A stretch of DNA of 64,000 nucleotides, taken from positions 32,001-96,000 of IMG/VR virus record IMGVR_UViG_3300014775_002125; one strand, given 5' to 3'. Both the position numbers and the translations under genes were made by a program. Source of the stretch: a virus. Each line of letters starts with the position of its first letter. Within the stretch, counting starts at the first letter, position 1. The notes under the pieces are model-generated. The model had not been told where the DNA came from. It was given only the letters and a program-made list of their open reading frames with translations, and did no database searches. This document shows, piece by piece, positions 40,081-48,835 of this stretch.

Positions 40081-41459
40081 AAATTAAATTCTTACAAAAA
40101 CAAAAAGTAGTCCTTGATATTAATAAGACCATCAGCGGTAACATTATCATCAATGACAGCCCAGACTACGAGATCATGATTAACCCCAAGAACCGTAAGA
40201 TTATCACGTTTCCCAAGGGTACTTTTAGTGATGGCAATGAGAACGATCAACTAGCGTTCTTTAACTTTCTCAGAAGGCAGTCAGCAATTAAACATGATAG
40301 CGTACAAGGTGGTTATGTTTTTGGGTCTTATGATGCTCTATATCCTGAAGGTGAAGAAGAAAACTCATTGAACTACCTGCTTTATTGTATCTCTGAGTTC
40401 TTTAAGGTCAAGCTACCAGAACTCAAAAAGAAACAAGACTACCTAGAGAAACGCAAGCAGTTTATCTATGAGCCAGACGATGAGAACTCTACAGACCTTG
40501 GAGATGTACCTCACGAAGAACGAAAAGGTTCTATCCATCACGACCTACGACAAAACTACTCTTACAGCTACTTTTTATATGAGGGCAAAGAGAGTGGTGC
40601 TAAAATCAAGGTTGGCCACAAAGACTTGCAGCGAATTATCCGAGAAGAGTACGAAAAAGCTAAAAAAATGGGATTAACTCTTAAGGCTGTTAGCAACCAA
40701 GAGAAGAAGATTGACAAAGAAACACTGCACAAAATTATCAAAGAAGAATATAAAGAAGCTAAAAGACTTGGTTGGACTTTGAATACGAATATTCTTTTAG
40801 AAGCATATATCGACGGTAAGGACGATAACGAAAGATTTGCAATGATGAGGAGTCTAGCCGACGAACCTAAAAAAGGCTACAATATCATAAAAGCCTATAG
40901 AATGATCGAATTTTTTGATGATGATAATTTTTATGATTTGGCATTTGAATATTTTAAAAAGCACTTTGGAGCAGTCGGTTATACAATCGCAAATTATGTA
41001 ATCTCTCCCTCTCCTTTCGCACCATCTCTGAAAGGGAAAGACCTAACAGGTTACGATCTTTCAGGACTGCCCTTAAAGAAAGTCGATTTTACTAGAGCCA
41101 ACTTGAGCAATGCAAAATTAAAGGGAACTGAGTTGGTTGCAGCAAATTTAAGTAAAGCTAACTTGAGTGGCGCAGACTTAAGTGGAGCTAACTTGCAATC
41201 GGTTAATGCGTCATATGCTGACTTTACCAATGCAATTTTAGATGATGCATACATGAAAACCCGACCAGATTATCTAGAAGGGATTAAACTTACAGGTGCT
41301 AAATATAACGAGAAAACTATAATTGGCGGTAATAGATGGAGTCCAATTCAGATCGTGACACCCGAAAGCGATAGGGTAGCACAAGAGCGTGGAATGGTCA
41401 GTTCAAAAAAAAACCTCAATGAATACAAGCAAACTAAAAACCTTCATGGGATTAAATAA
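40077..41459 (+). CDS. Head-module protein fused to a pentapeptide-repeat domain
   Basis: C-terminal A(N/D)LSxA(N/D)L repeats (RANLSNAKLKGTELVAANLSKANLSGADLSGANL); duplicated LxxIIxEEY motif. Confidence 0.8.
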   Translation: MKIKFLQKQKVVLDINKTISGNIIINDSPDYEIMINPKNRKIITFPKGTFSDGNENDQLAFFNFLRRQSAIKHDSVQGGYVFGSYDALYPEGEEENSLNYLLYCISEFFKVKLPELKKKQDYLEKRKQFIYEPDDENSTDLGDVPHEERKGSIHHDLRQNYSYSYFLYEGKESGAKIKVGHKDLQRIIREEYEKAKKMGLTLKAVSNQEKKIDKETLHKIIKEEYKEAKRLGWTLNTNILLEAYIDGKDDNERFAMMRSLADEPKKGYNIIKAYRMIEFFDDDNFYDLAFEYFKKHFGAVGYTIANYVISPSPFAPSLKGKDLTGYDLSGLPLKKVDFTRANLSNAKLKGTELVAANLSKANLSGADLSGANLQSVNASYADFTNAILDDAYMKTRPDYLEGIKLTGAKYNEKTIIGGNRWSPIQIVTPESDRVAQERGMVSSKKNLNEYKQTKNLHGIK

Positions 41460-41473
41460 TAGGGAAAAGATAA

Positions 41474-42109
41474 ATGAATAAAATCCTACTAAGAGAATAC
41501 TTTAACGGAGACCTGAAGATTACCCATGGAGGTGACGAGGGCTTAAATGAATCTCAAGGTATCGGCTCTAAGATCACACACTCTGAGAAAGGGATCTTCG
41601 TTGAGGGAATCATTCAGTGTGCTAACAAGCCTAATGGTAACAACAGAATCTATCCCCGTCAAATCCTAGAAAGAGAAATGGACAGGTACAGCGAACTTGT
41701 CAAAACCAAAAGAGCTATGGGAGAGTTAGATCACCCCCAAGAACCCATCGTATCTCTAGGCAATGTTAGTCATTTCCTTGTTGACTACTGGTGGCAGGGA
41801 GATCATGTGATGGGTAAGTTTAAGATTTGTGAACATACAGACGCAGGTAGGAACCTTAAGGGACTATTTATGGAGGGTCTACAAGTTGCAGTATCCTCAA
41901 GGGCTCTCGGTTCACTTACAGAACGACATGGGAACCTGATTGTGGGGGACGACCTAGACCTTAAATGTTTTGACATGGTACATCATCCATCAACTGACGA
42001 GGCTTATATGTTCCTATCTGAGAGCAAGCAATACGGCAGTTACTATGGAGTGGAGTCAAGTGCCAAGCAAATCTCAAACATCAAAAGAATCTTAAGGAAC
42101 CGAAAATGA
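41474..42109 (+). CDS. gp21: Prohead core protease (T4 gp21-like)
   Basis: NGNNRIYP, AMGELDHP (catalytic His), VSSRALGS (catalytic Ser) and FDMVHHPS. Confidence 0.95.
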   Translation: MNKILLREYFNGDLKITHGGDEGLNESQGIGSKITHSEKGIFVEGIIQCANKPNGNNRIYPRQILEREMDRYSELVKTKRAMGELDHPQEPIVSLGNVSHFLVDYWWQGDHVMGKFKICEHTDAGRNLKGLFMEGLQVAVSSRALGSLTERHGNLIVGDDLDLKCFDMVHHPSTDEAYMFLSESKQYGSYYGVESSAKQISNIKRILRNRK

Positions 42110-42450
42110 ACAAGAAATCAATCAAAGAACTACTTAAACCCATCATCAAAGAATGTCTCACTGAAGTACTGGTAGAGAATGGGATTAATCAGTCAGTGTC
42201 ACAAATTACTGAAAGTCTTATGGAAAACTTTATGTCTGCCCCTAGAACACCTGCTAGAAACATGCAGCCTTCTACTGGACATAACTACAAAGAGCAAATG
42301 AACAGAGACTTTCAGAGAATGACTACAGACGCTTTTGGTGAAACTACACAACCTATTAAGAAGAGTCAACACACGAGTACTTATGGACCTCTATCTGGCA
42401 TGGATGATGATGATGCTGGTGTTGATATCTCCATGTTCTTCGGGGAATAA
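42106..42450 (+). CDS. Small head-module protein
   Basis: IKELLKPIIKECLTEVLVE motif; ATGA overlap with the protease gene. Confidence 0.6.
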   Translation: MNKKSIKELLKPIIKECLTEVLVENGINQSVSQITESLMENFMSAPRTPARNMQPSTGHNYKEQMNRDFQRMTTDAFGETTQPIKKSQHTSTYGPLSGMDDDDAGVDISMFFGE

Positions 42451-42455
42451 TAACT

Positions 42456-42848
42456 ATGAGTAACCTAAATAAGGGCGTTGGACTACACCACGTTCCATCT
42501 TTTCAAACTTCTGGATACCCTTGGATTACTGGGTCTAGCCTTTCTGCCGCTGAGTTAAAAATTGAGTTTCCTTCAGTTGCTAGAGAATTCACTGTTATCA
42601 AGAACGACAGTCACCACACTTTAAGAATCCACTTCAACAGTACCGCAAGCGCCAATACGATCTCAGGCTTGCATTACATTGAACTCGTAAACACTGGAGA
42701 TTCTTATAGTTTTCGCTGTAAGGTTCAGGATTTATGGCTATCGAACCCCCACTCAGGGTCTGCGACGGCGTTCACAGTTGCAGCAGAGTTAACAAACATT
42801 CCACGGTCATCTAGGTTTATCTTAACAGGTTCCGGTATTGACGAGTAG
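42456..42848 (+). CDS. Small beta-rich virion protein (possible decoration protein)
   Basis: Lies in the head module and contains ITGS, HSGS and LTGS motifs like the other virion proteins. Confidence 0.5.
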   Translation: MSNLNKGVGLHHVPSFQTSGYPWITGSSLSAAELKIEFPSVAREFTVIKNDSHHTLRIHFNSTASANTISGLHYIELVNTGDSYSFRCKVQDLWLSNPHSGSATAFTVAAELTNIPRSSRFILTGSGIDE

Positions 42849-42928
42849 TAATCTATTGTTTTTTGTTAATATTTCCCTGTGAAACGGATTTTGGTGCGAT
42901 ACTTATAAAAGATGACTAGGAGTTTGAT

Positions 42929-44167
42929 ATGCACAATAAACTAGAAAATATTGTCAAAGAAGTAAAACAACTCAAAGAAAGCCTTGTTCGAGAGACTGAA
43001 GAAGCTATCTTAGAGAAATATTCAGAGAACGTAGAGACTAAGCTTGACACTTTCCTGAAAGAAGAAGAAGAAGGAAAAGACCCTTTTGCGATTGACCCTA
43101 TGGGAGAAGCTGAGGGAGATTCTAAGGATGGTGATGAGGACGCCGAAGAAGTTAAAGATGAACTAAGTCTGAAGAAACCAGAAGTTGAAGCAGATGTCGA
43201 AGTTGAAGTTGAAGTCGAAGGTGGCGCTGAGGAAGTAGAGGTAACTCTGAATCTTGAAAGTCTTCAGGAAGAAGTTCGAAAAGTTATCGGTATGTCTCCA
43301 ATGATTGGTGGTCTGCCCGAAGATAGTGGAGATTCGAATTTCAACGCAACCATCAATAAGCGTGATGAATCTGCTGGGACGGATGTCACTGTTCGGGGAG
43401 ATAACTTGAGCATGGAAGAACTCGCAGCATTCCTTAGTGAGTTTGACGATGAAGGTCAACCCCTAGAGACCCCAGAACACCCTGTAGAGGAAGCTAGTTG
43501 TGGTAGTCATGAGAAACTAGAAGAAGAAGGGGAGTATAATCTAGAGGAAGCAGAGCTTAGAGAGTTCTTTCAGAAGCTAGTCGGTGAGGGAGAGCATGAA
43601 GAAGAGCTAGAAGAAGAGCTAGCATTCGATCATGAAACTGCTCCTCCGGGAATGACTGACCCATACACCAATAAAAGCGTCAAAGAGCAAAGAGACTTAG
43701 AAGACGTGAAAAAAACTCTTCGCGCTTTAAGTGAAAGATACAATAAAAACAAAGAAAAAGCAATTAAATTAGAAGAACAGCTTGATACTTATAAAGATAT
43801 TTTAAAGCAACTAAAAGAAAGTTGCGAGAAGCTAAACACTTCTAACACAAAACTAAAATACCAACTGGAAACGTACAAAGATAGCACTCTAAATACTCGC
43901 CAAAAACGGATTATGGCAGACAAGATTGCAATGTGCGAATCCATTGACCACGCAAAGTTAGTTTATGAAACACTAACAGAGGCGGTCAAGACTAGATCAT
44001 ACAAGAAACCTCTACCCGAAGACCTGCGTGAGGCTATGAATGGGAAAGGAAGTTATCTAGTCATGAAAGAGTCCATCCATAAAGCAGAGCCCGAAGAGGC
44101 AACAAGTGTAGGACTCATTAATGAAGCGTTCCGAGAAAGAATGAAAAAGAACGCTGGATTACTTTAA
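42929..44167 (+). CDS. gp22: Prohead core scaffold protein (gp22-like)
   Basis: Very acidic with a coiled-coil C-terminus ending RMKKNAGLL; immediately upstream of the MCP. Confidence 0.8.
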   Translation: MHNKLENIVKEVKQLKESLVRETEEAILEKYSENVETKLDTFLKEEEEGKDPFAIDPMGEAEGDSKDGDEDAEEVKDELSLKKPEVEADVEVEVEVEGGAEEVEVTLNLESLQEEVRKVIGMSPMIGGLPEDSGDSNFNATINKRDESAGTDVTVRGDNLSMEELAAFLSEFDDEGQPLETPEHPVEEASCGSHEKLEEEGEYNLEEAELREFFQKLVGEGEHEEELEEELAFDHETAPPGMTDPYTNKSVKEQRDLEDVKKTLRALSERYNKNKEKAIKLEEQLDTYKDILKQLKESCEKLNTSNTKLKYQLETYKDSTLNTRQKRIMADKIAMCESIDHAKLVYETLTEAVKTRSYKKPLPEDLREAMNGKGSYLVMKESIHKAEPEEATSVGLINEAFRERMKKNAGLL

Positions 44168-44188
44168 AACAAAACAAAGGAGATAACC

Positions 44189-46045
44189 ATGGCTGGTTAT
44201 AAAGTTCTCAAGACCCTCGCAGGTCACTCTCTTGAGCGCGATTCCCAAGAGTCCGCTCGTCAAAAAAGCATTGTCCGTAAATGGAAACAAACTGGTCTCC
44301 TCGAAGGCCTTAACAACGAGCACGACGTTACTACCGTTACTCGTATGCTCGAAGAACAAGCTAAGTACGTCCACAAAGACTACAAGCGCATGATCCTAAA
44401 CGAAGCTTCCGGCATGGCTGCTGGCGACGTTCAGGGATTTGCTGCTGTTGCTTTCCCCGTTGTCCGTCGTCTCTTCGGAAAGCTCATTGCTAAGGACCTC
44501 GTGTCTGTACAGGCGATGAACCTTCCCTCTGGTCTCATCTTCTACTTCGACTTCGTTTACGGAGACACCCTCGGAACTGGTACTACCGCCTCTAGCGAAA
44601 ACCGATTTGGTAACCCCCTTGGTGGTTCACAATCCGTTTACGGTACTGACAAAGTAGCAGAAGGTGTTATCGATGGCGTCTCCCTCGTAGACTCCCTTAA
44701 AGGAGATCTCGGTGGTCCCTACAACGCTCTAGGTGTATACTCTGCTCCTACTGCAAGTGTTGACCTCACTGCTGGGAACGTTGAGTTCAAGTATAGCGCA
44801 CACATTCTAAGCTCTTCTAACACAGACACACAGCGAGCATACTACCGTTGGGATCAGGACGTTCGTGACCTAGAAACTGCAAACGGTGCTGCAAACACTC
44901 ACTGTATTGCTTACCTAACTGTACCCGTTAGCGAATTTACCCGTCCCGACCTAGACCTACATGGTGCATTCTTTTCTGATGGTGCTGCCATTTTCTCATC
45001 TTCTGATGGTTTCGGTGCTGCTGCCAAGGTACGTCTAGTACGACGTCTTACTCGTAAAGACCCAGACAACTCCAGTAACCTTCTTTTCACCTTTGTAGGT
45101 CTCGGAGAAGGTGCTCTAACTACTGACGGTGTTGTACTCAACAGCGCATCTGCTGGTACTGCTCTAACTGTTGACCTAACCATGACTTACCCCCAGAAAG
45201 ACAACATCACTAACGTTGGTGCTGATGCAATTGGTGCGGTTCACGGTCAGGCTTCTTGGGGTCTAGAATTCAACAAAGATATCCCTGAGATTGATCTTAA
45301 GATTAGCTCAACCGATATCTCTGCTGTTACCCGTAAACTAAAGGCTCGTTGGAGCGATGAACTTTCACAGGACATCCAAGCTTACCATAACATCAACGCT
45401 GAGTCTGAGCTAACCAACATGCTCACCGACTACATGGCTGTTGAGCAGAACAGCGAAGTTCTAATGGACCTCGTTAAAGGTGCTACTGCTGGTACTTACT
45501 ACTGGAGCCGTTCACCCGGTCTCTTCGTTGACAAGACCACTGGTGCTCAGATTGGTGCTACCACCGCTGCTCCAGACTTCACGGGTACTGTCCGCGAATG
45601 GTACGAGACTCTAATTGAGACTTGTGAAGATGTTTCCGCTCAGATCCACCGTAAGACCCTTCAGGGTGGTGCTAACTTCATGGTTTGTAGCCCCGAAGTT
45701 GCTACTATCCTCGAAGCTACTGCTGGATTCGCTGCTAACATCCTAAACGACGCTGATGCTGGTCAGGCTGGTATCCGTCAGGCTGGTTCCATCAAGAAGC
45801 GTTTCGACGTCTACGTAGATCCCATGTTCTACCGTCACGTCATTCTTCTTGGTCGCAAAGGAAGCAGCTTCCTTGACAGTGGTTACGTCTACGCTCCATA
45901 CGTAGCATTCCAGACCACTCCAGTCATCCTAGATCCAGACGACTTCACCCCACGTCGTGGTGTCCTCTCCCGATACGCTCGGAAGATGGTCCGCCCCGAT
46001 ATGTACGGTCTAGTCATCGTTCGTGATCTACTCGGTGGTCAGTAA
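44189..46045 (+). CDS. gp23: Major capsid protein (T4 gp23-like)
   Basis: KWKQTGLLEG, FPVVRR, VSVQAMNLPSGLIFY, TRKLKARWS, GANFMVCSP, GYVYAPY and FTPRRGVLSRY motifs; strongly biased codon usage. Confidence 0.97.
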   Translation: MAGYKVLKTLAGHSLERDSQESARQKSIVRKWKQTGLLEGLNNEHDVTTVTRMLEEQAKYVHKDYKRMILNEASGMAAGDVQGFAAVAFPVVRRLFGKLIAKDLVSVQAMNLPSGLIFYFDFVYGDTLGTGTTASSENRFGNPLGGSQSVYGTDKVAEGVIDGVSLVDSLKGDLGGPYNALGVYSAPTASVDLTAGNVEFKYSAHILSSSNTDTQRAYYRWDQDVRDLETANGAANTHCIAYLTVPVSEFTRPDLDLHGAFFSDGAAIFSSSDGFGAAAKVRLVRRLTRKDPDNSSNLLFTFVGLGEGALTTDGVVLNSASAGTALTVDLTMTYPQKDNITNVGADAIGAVHGQASWGLEFNKDIPEIDLKISSTDISAVTRKLKARWSDELSQDIQAYHNINAESELTNMLTDYMAVEQNSEVLMDLVKGATAGTYYWSRSPGLFVDKTTGAQIGATTAAPDFTGTVREWYETLIETCEDVSAQIHRKTLQGGANFMVCSPEVATILEATAGFAANILNDADAGQAGIRQAGSIKKRFDVYVDPMFYRHVILLGRKGSSFLDSGYVYAPYVAFQTTPVILDPDDFTPRRGVLSRYARKMVRPDMYGLVIVRDLLGGQ

Positions 46046-46078
46046 TATTTGACTACATAAAGAACTAACAATTCTTTG

Positions 46079-46114
46079 AACCTCTTAGGCCTCTGGTCTA
46101 GGAGGTTTTTTTTT
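46079..46114 (+). terminator. Rho-independent terminator after the MCP gene
   Basis: AACCTCTTAGGCC-TCT-GGTCTAGGAGGTT stem-loop followed by a T run. Confidence 0.9.
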
Positions 46115-46189
46115 GCCCTCATTAATTACTTTACTTCCTTGTTGTCTATCTCCTATATTTATACTGGAATATTTTACAAGGAAGGTCTG

Positions 46190-47476
46190 ATGTCTTATCC
46201 AGAGTTAACACCCACAAGCAATAGTTCAAAGTCTATCTTGCCATCTACAGGTTCGTTCACAGATGTCGATAGTGCCTGTCCTTTGAGGCTTTATTCAGAT
46301 TCTAGTAGTCCTCTATACAGTGCAGAGTTTATCACAGGTGCAGTTCAACAAGTTACCTACACTTATCGCAAACTCGGAGGAGACACACTAGATCTAGAAA
46401 TCCTACCTCAGACTGTTTACGCAGCTTTTGAGGACGCTGTGATCGAGTATAGCTATATCAGCAACCTGTACACGGCTCGAAACTACATGGGGTCAATGTT
46501 AGGTCAGAACACCTCTTCATTCGACCACAAGGGAGAATATGAGTCTGGGTCGTTCAGTAGCTCTATGGGCGGGAAGAACGCAGCTTTAGTTTATCCTAAA
46601 TTTGATTACTCTTACCAGAGGCGAGTAGGAATGTTGGCAGCACACGAGGCTAACCTTAATGGTGATCGTCCAGTGTATTCAGCCTCTATTGACTTGACTG
46701 ATGGGATTCAGGATTACGACTTACAGGCTATTATTTCAGCTTCAGCAGCGTCTGGTAGTGTTCCTTACGCCGACATTGGGAACAAAAAGATTAATGTGCG
46801 TAAAGTTTATTATAAATCTCCCAGAACACAGTGGAGATTCTTTGGGTATGGATTTGGAGGCTACCACGGGAACGTCACTGGATATGGTTCATGGAGTGAT
46901 GTGACTTCCTTTGAGATTATCCCTAACTGGCAGAACAAGTTAGCAGCACAGGCTTACGAGGATTCATGGTACACAAGGATTTCTCATTACTCCTATGAAA
47001 TTAAAAACAACAAGCTCAGAATTTTCCCACTACCAGAGACTTGGAGTGCCAGTAAGATTTGGATTGAGTTTTATGTAGGTGTTAATAGTTTTGTAGAGAC
47101 TTCAGGTTCAAACGAAGACTCTGGATTGAATGGCGTAAATAGCTTAAACAACGTACCATACAGTAACTTGCCCTACAATTCTATTAACTCTATTGGTAAA
47201 CAGTGGATTCGTCGTTATGCTCTTGCTAGTACCTTAGAGACTCTTGGCTTAAACAGAAGTAAGTTCGGTACGATCCCAATCCCCGGAGAAAGTGTAACTC
47301 TAAATGGTGGCGACTTAATTACAAGAGCTAGGGAAGACAAAGAGAAGCTAATCGAACAACTAAAAGCGATCTTCGAAGAGTTGACACCACAGAAGATTGT
47401 AGAGACTGATAAGGCCATTGCTGACGCTGTAAACGGCACTCTGGTTAAAGTTCCTAGACTATTTTATGTAGGTTAA
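46190..47476 (+). CDS. gp13: Neck / head-completion protein (gp13-like)
   Basis: RKLGG..LDLEI...A..EY, WIRRYALA...LG..RSKF..IP.PG..VTLNG motifs; start reassigned to the ATG at 46190. Confidence 0.85.
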   Translation: MSYPELTPTSNSSKSILPSTGSFTDVDSACPLRLYSDSSSPLYSAEFITGAVQQVTYTYRKLGGDTLDLEILPQTVYAAFEDAVIEYSYISNLYTARNYMGSMLGQNTSSFDHKGEYESGSFSSSMGGKNAALVYPKFDYSYQRRVGMLAAHEANLNGDRPVYSASIDLTDGIQDYDLQAIISASAASGSVPYADIGNKKINVRKVYYKSPRTQWRFFGYGFGGYHGNVTGYGSWSDVTSFEIIPNWQNKLAAQAYEDSWYTRISHYSYEIKNNKLRIFPLPETWSASKIWIEFYVGVNSFVETSGSNEDSGLNGVNSLNNVPYSNLPYNSINSIGKQWIRRYALASTLETLGLNRSKFGTIPIPGESVTLNGGDLITRAREDKEKLIEQLKAIFEELTPQKIVETDKAIADAVNGTLVKVPRLFYVG

Positions 47477-47486
47477 AGGTTAAAAG

Positions 47487-47969
47487 ATGCCCGAATGGAA
47501 AAGACCCACTAATCCTCCCCCTCAGTTATTCACAGGCCAGACTGAGAGAGACTTCGTAAAACAGATAAACGATGAAGTAATTGAGAGAGTCATTGGCCAA
47601 ACTGTAGCTTATTATCCAATTGACATCGAGACCACTGAGTTTCATGATGTTTATGGTGAGGCTATTGAGAAGAACTTTTTGAATCCTATCGTAGTTAAGG
47701 CAATGGTAAAATTTGAAAGCCATGTAACCACTACTAACAACAGAGGTATTGACAGGATTCAGAGCATCATTATTTACTTCCACAAACGGCGCCTAACAGA
47801 AGACCAAAATCTCTTTATTCGTGAAGGAGACTATGTTAAGTACGGGGATCTATTCTATGAAATTAAGAAGTTAACAGAAGGTAGATGGTTGTTCGGTCAT
47901 TCAGAGAACTCTTTTCAAATTGAAGCATCCTGTAGAAGGGCTCGTAGATCACTTTTTGAAGGCAGATAA
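47487..47969 (+). CDS. gp14: Neck protein (gp14-like)
   Basis: EVIERVIGQTVAYY...VYGE...EGD...YEI motifs; follows gp13. Confidence 0.75.
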   Translation: MPEWKRPTNPPPQLFTGQTERDFVKQINDEVIERVIGQTVAYYPIDIETTEFHDVYGEAIEKNFLNPIVVKAMVKFESHVTTTNNRGIDRIQSIIIYFHKRRLTEDQNLFIREGDYVKYGDLFYEIKKLTEGRWLFGHSENSFQIEASCRRARRSLFEGR

Positions 47970-47971
47970 AC

Positions 47972-48790
47972 ATGACAGAATTTAAGAATAGCACCTTTGA
48001 GTTAGTGGACAGGTCTTTCTTTGAGTTCTTCTCAGAGGATTTAAAATTACACGCTAGTAGTTTTGATGGTTGGAACCCTGTGCCTGTTGTTTGGGGTACT
48101 CCTGAGAGGGCTTTTCAAGCTAAGAACAATAAAGAACTAAGAGATCAAGATGGCGCCCTAATCTTGCCAATCGTTTCTGTGTGGCGTACAGGATTGTCTA
48201 ACAGCCTCCAAAAGAAAGGTAGTGCAGTAAACGTTGTGCCACCAAAGCCCGGAGAAAAAGGCGGTTCAATTACCATACATCGAGAAGTTAACCAAGAGAA
48301 AACTTCAAATTTCCAAAGAAAAGACTTCTACAAAAGTACTCTAGGAGAACTAATTGGTAAGCCTGCAATGTCCAGTAAGGTTGTTTATGACTCTTACAGT
48401 ATTGATATGCCTGTTTACTCTATTTTCACCTACAAAGTACAGATCACAGCGCAGTACCAACAGCAACTAAACCAAATCCTACAGCCTATTCTTAATTACG
48501 GGTTTGGTCATAAGTACTTCACGATTCACAAACATAATCACACACTAGAGGTTTTTCCACAGGCAGACTTCACACCACTGGAAAATGACGTATCAGACTC
48601 GGAAAGGTTCTATGAAGTCTCTGCTACTTTCGAAGTCCTTGCTAATACTTCTGGGGACGGTGATAATTCCCAAAAGCCCAGAGTTGTCCGTAATGAAAAT
48701 GTAGTAGAGTTCAGGATTGGGCGTGAACGTAACCTAACTACCACTGATCTTAAAGAATTGTCCAAAAAAACTATAAAATTAAAAGGTTGA
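47972..48790 (+). CDS. gp15: Tail terminator / sheath stabiliser (gp15-like)
   Basis: VPVVWGTPER...LPIVSV and QLNQILQPIL motifs; lies between the neck and sheath genes. Confidence 0.7.
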   Translation: MTEFKNSTFELVDRSFFEFFSEDLKLHASSFDGWNPVPVVWGTPERAFQAKNNKELRDQDGALILPIVSVWRTGLSNSLQKKGSAVNVVPPKPGEKGGSITIHREVNQEKTSNFQRKDFYKSTLGELIGKPAMSSKVVYDSYSIDMPVYSIFTYKVQITAQYQQQLNQILQPILNYGFGHKYFTIHKHNHTLEVFPQADFTPLENDVSDSERFYEVSATFEVLANTSGDGDNSQKPRVVRNENVVEFRIGRERNLTTTDLKELSKKTIKLKG

Positions 48791-48835
48791 CAGTTCAAAG
48801 ACATATTTATCTATGAACCTATCTAAAGGAGATTT

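Noticed and set aside
46076-46189. Hydrophobic N-terminal extension of the neck protein given by the ORF track (similarly 52392-52421)
   Set aside because: It spans the terminator and promoter motif; the ATGs at 46190 and 52422 have SD-like sequences and are the likelier starts.
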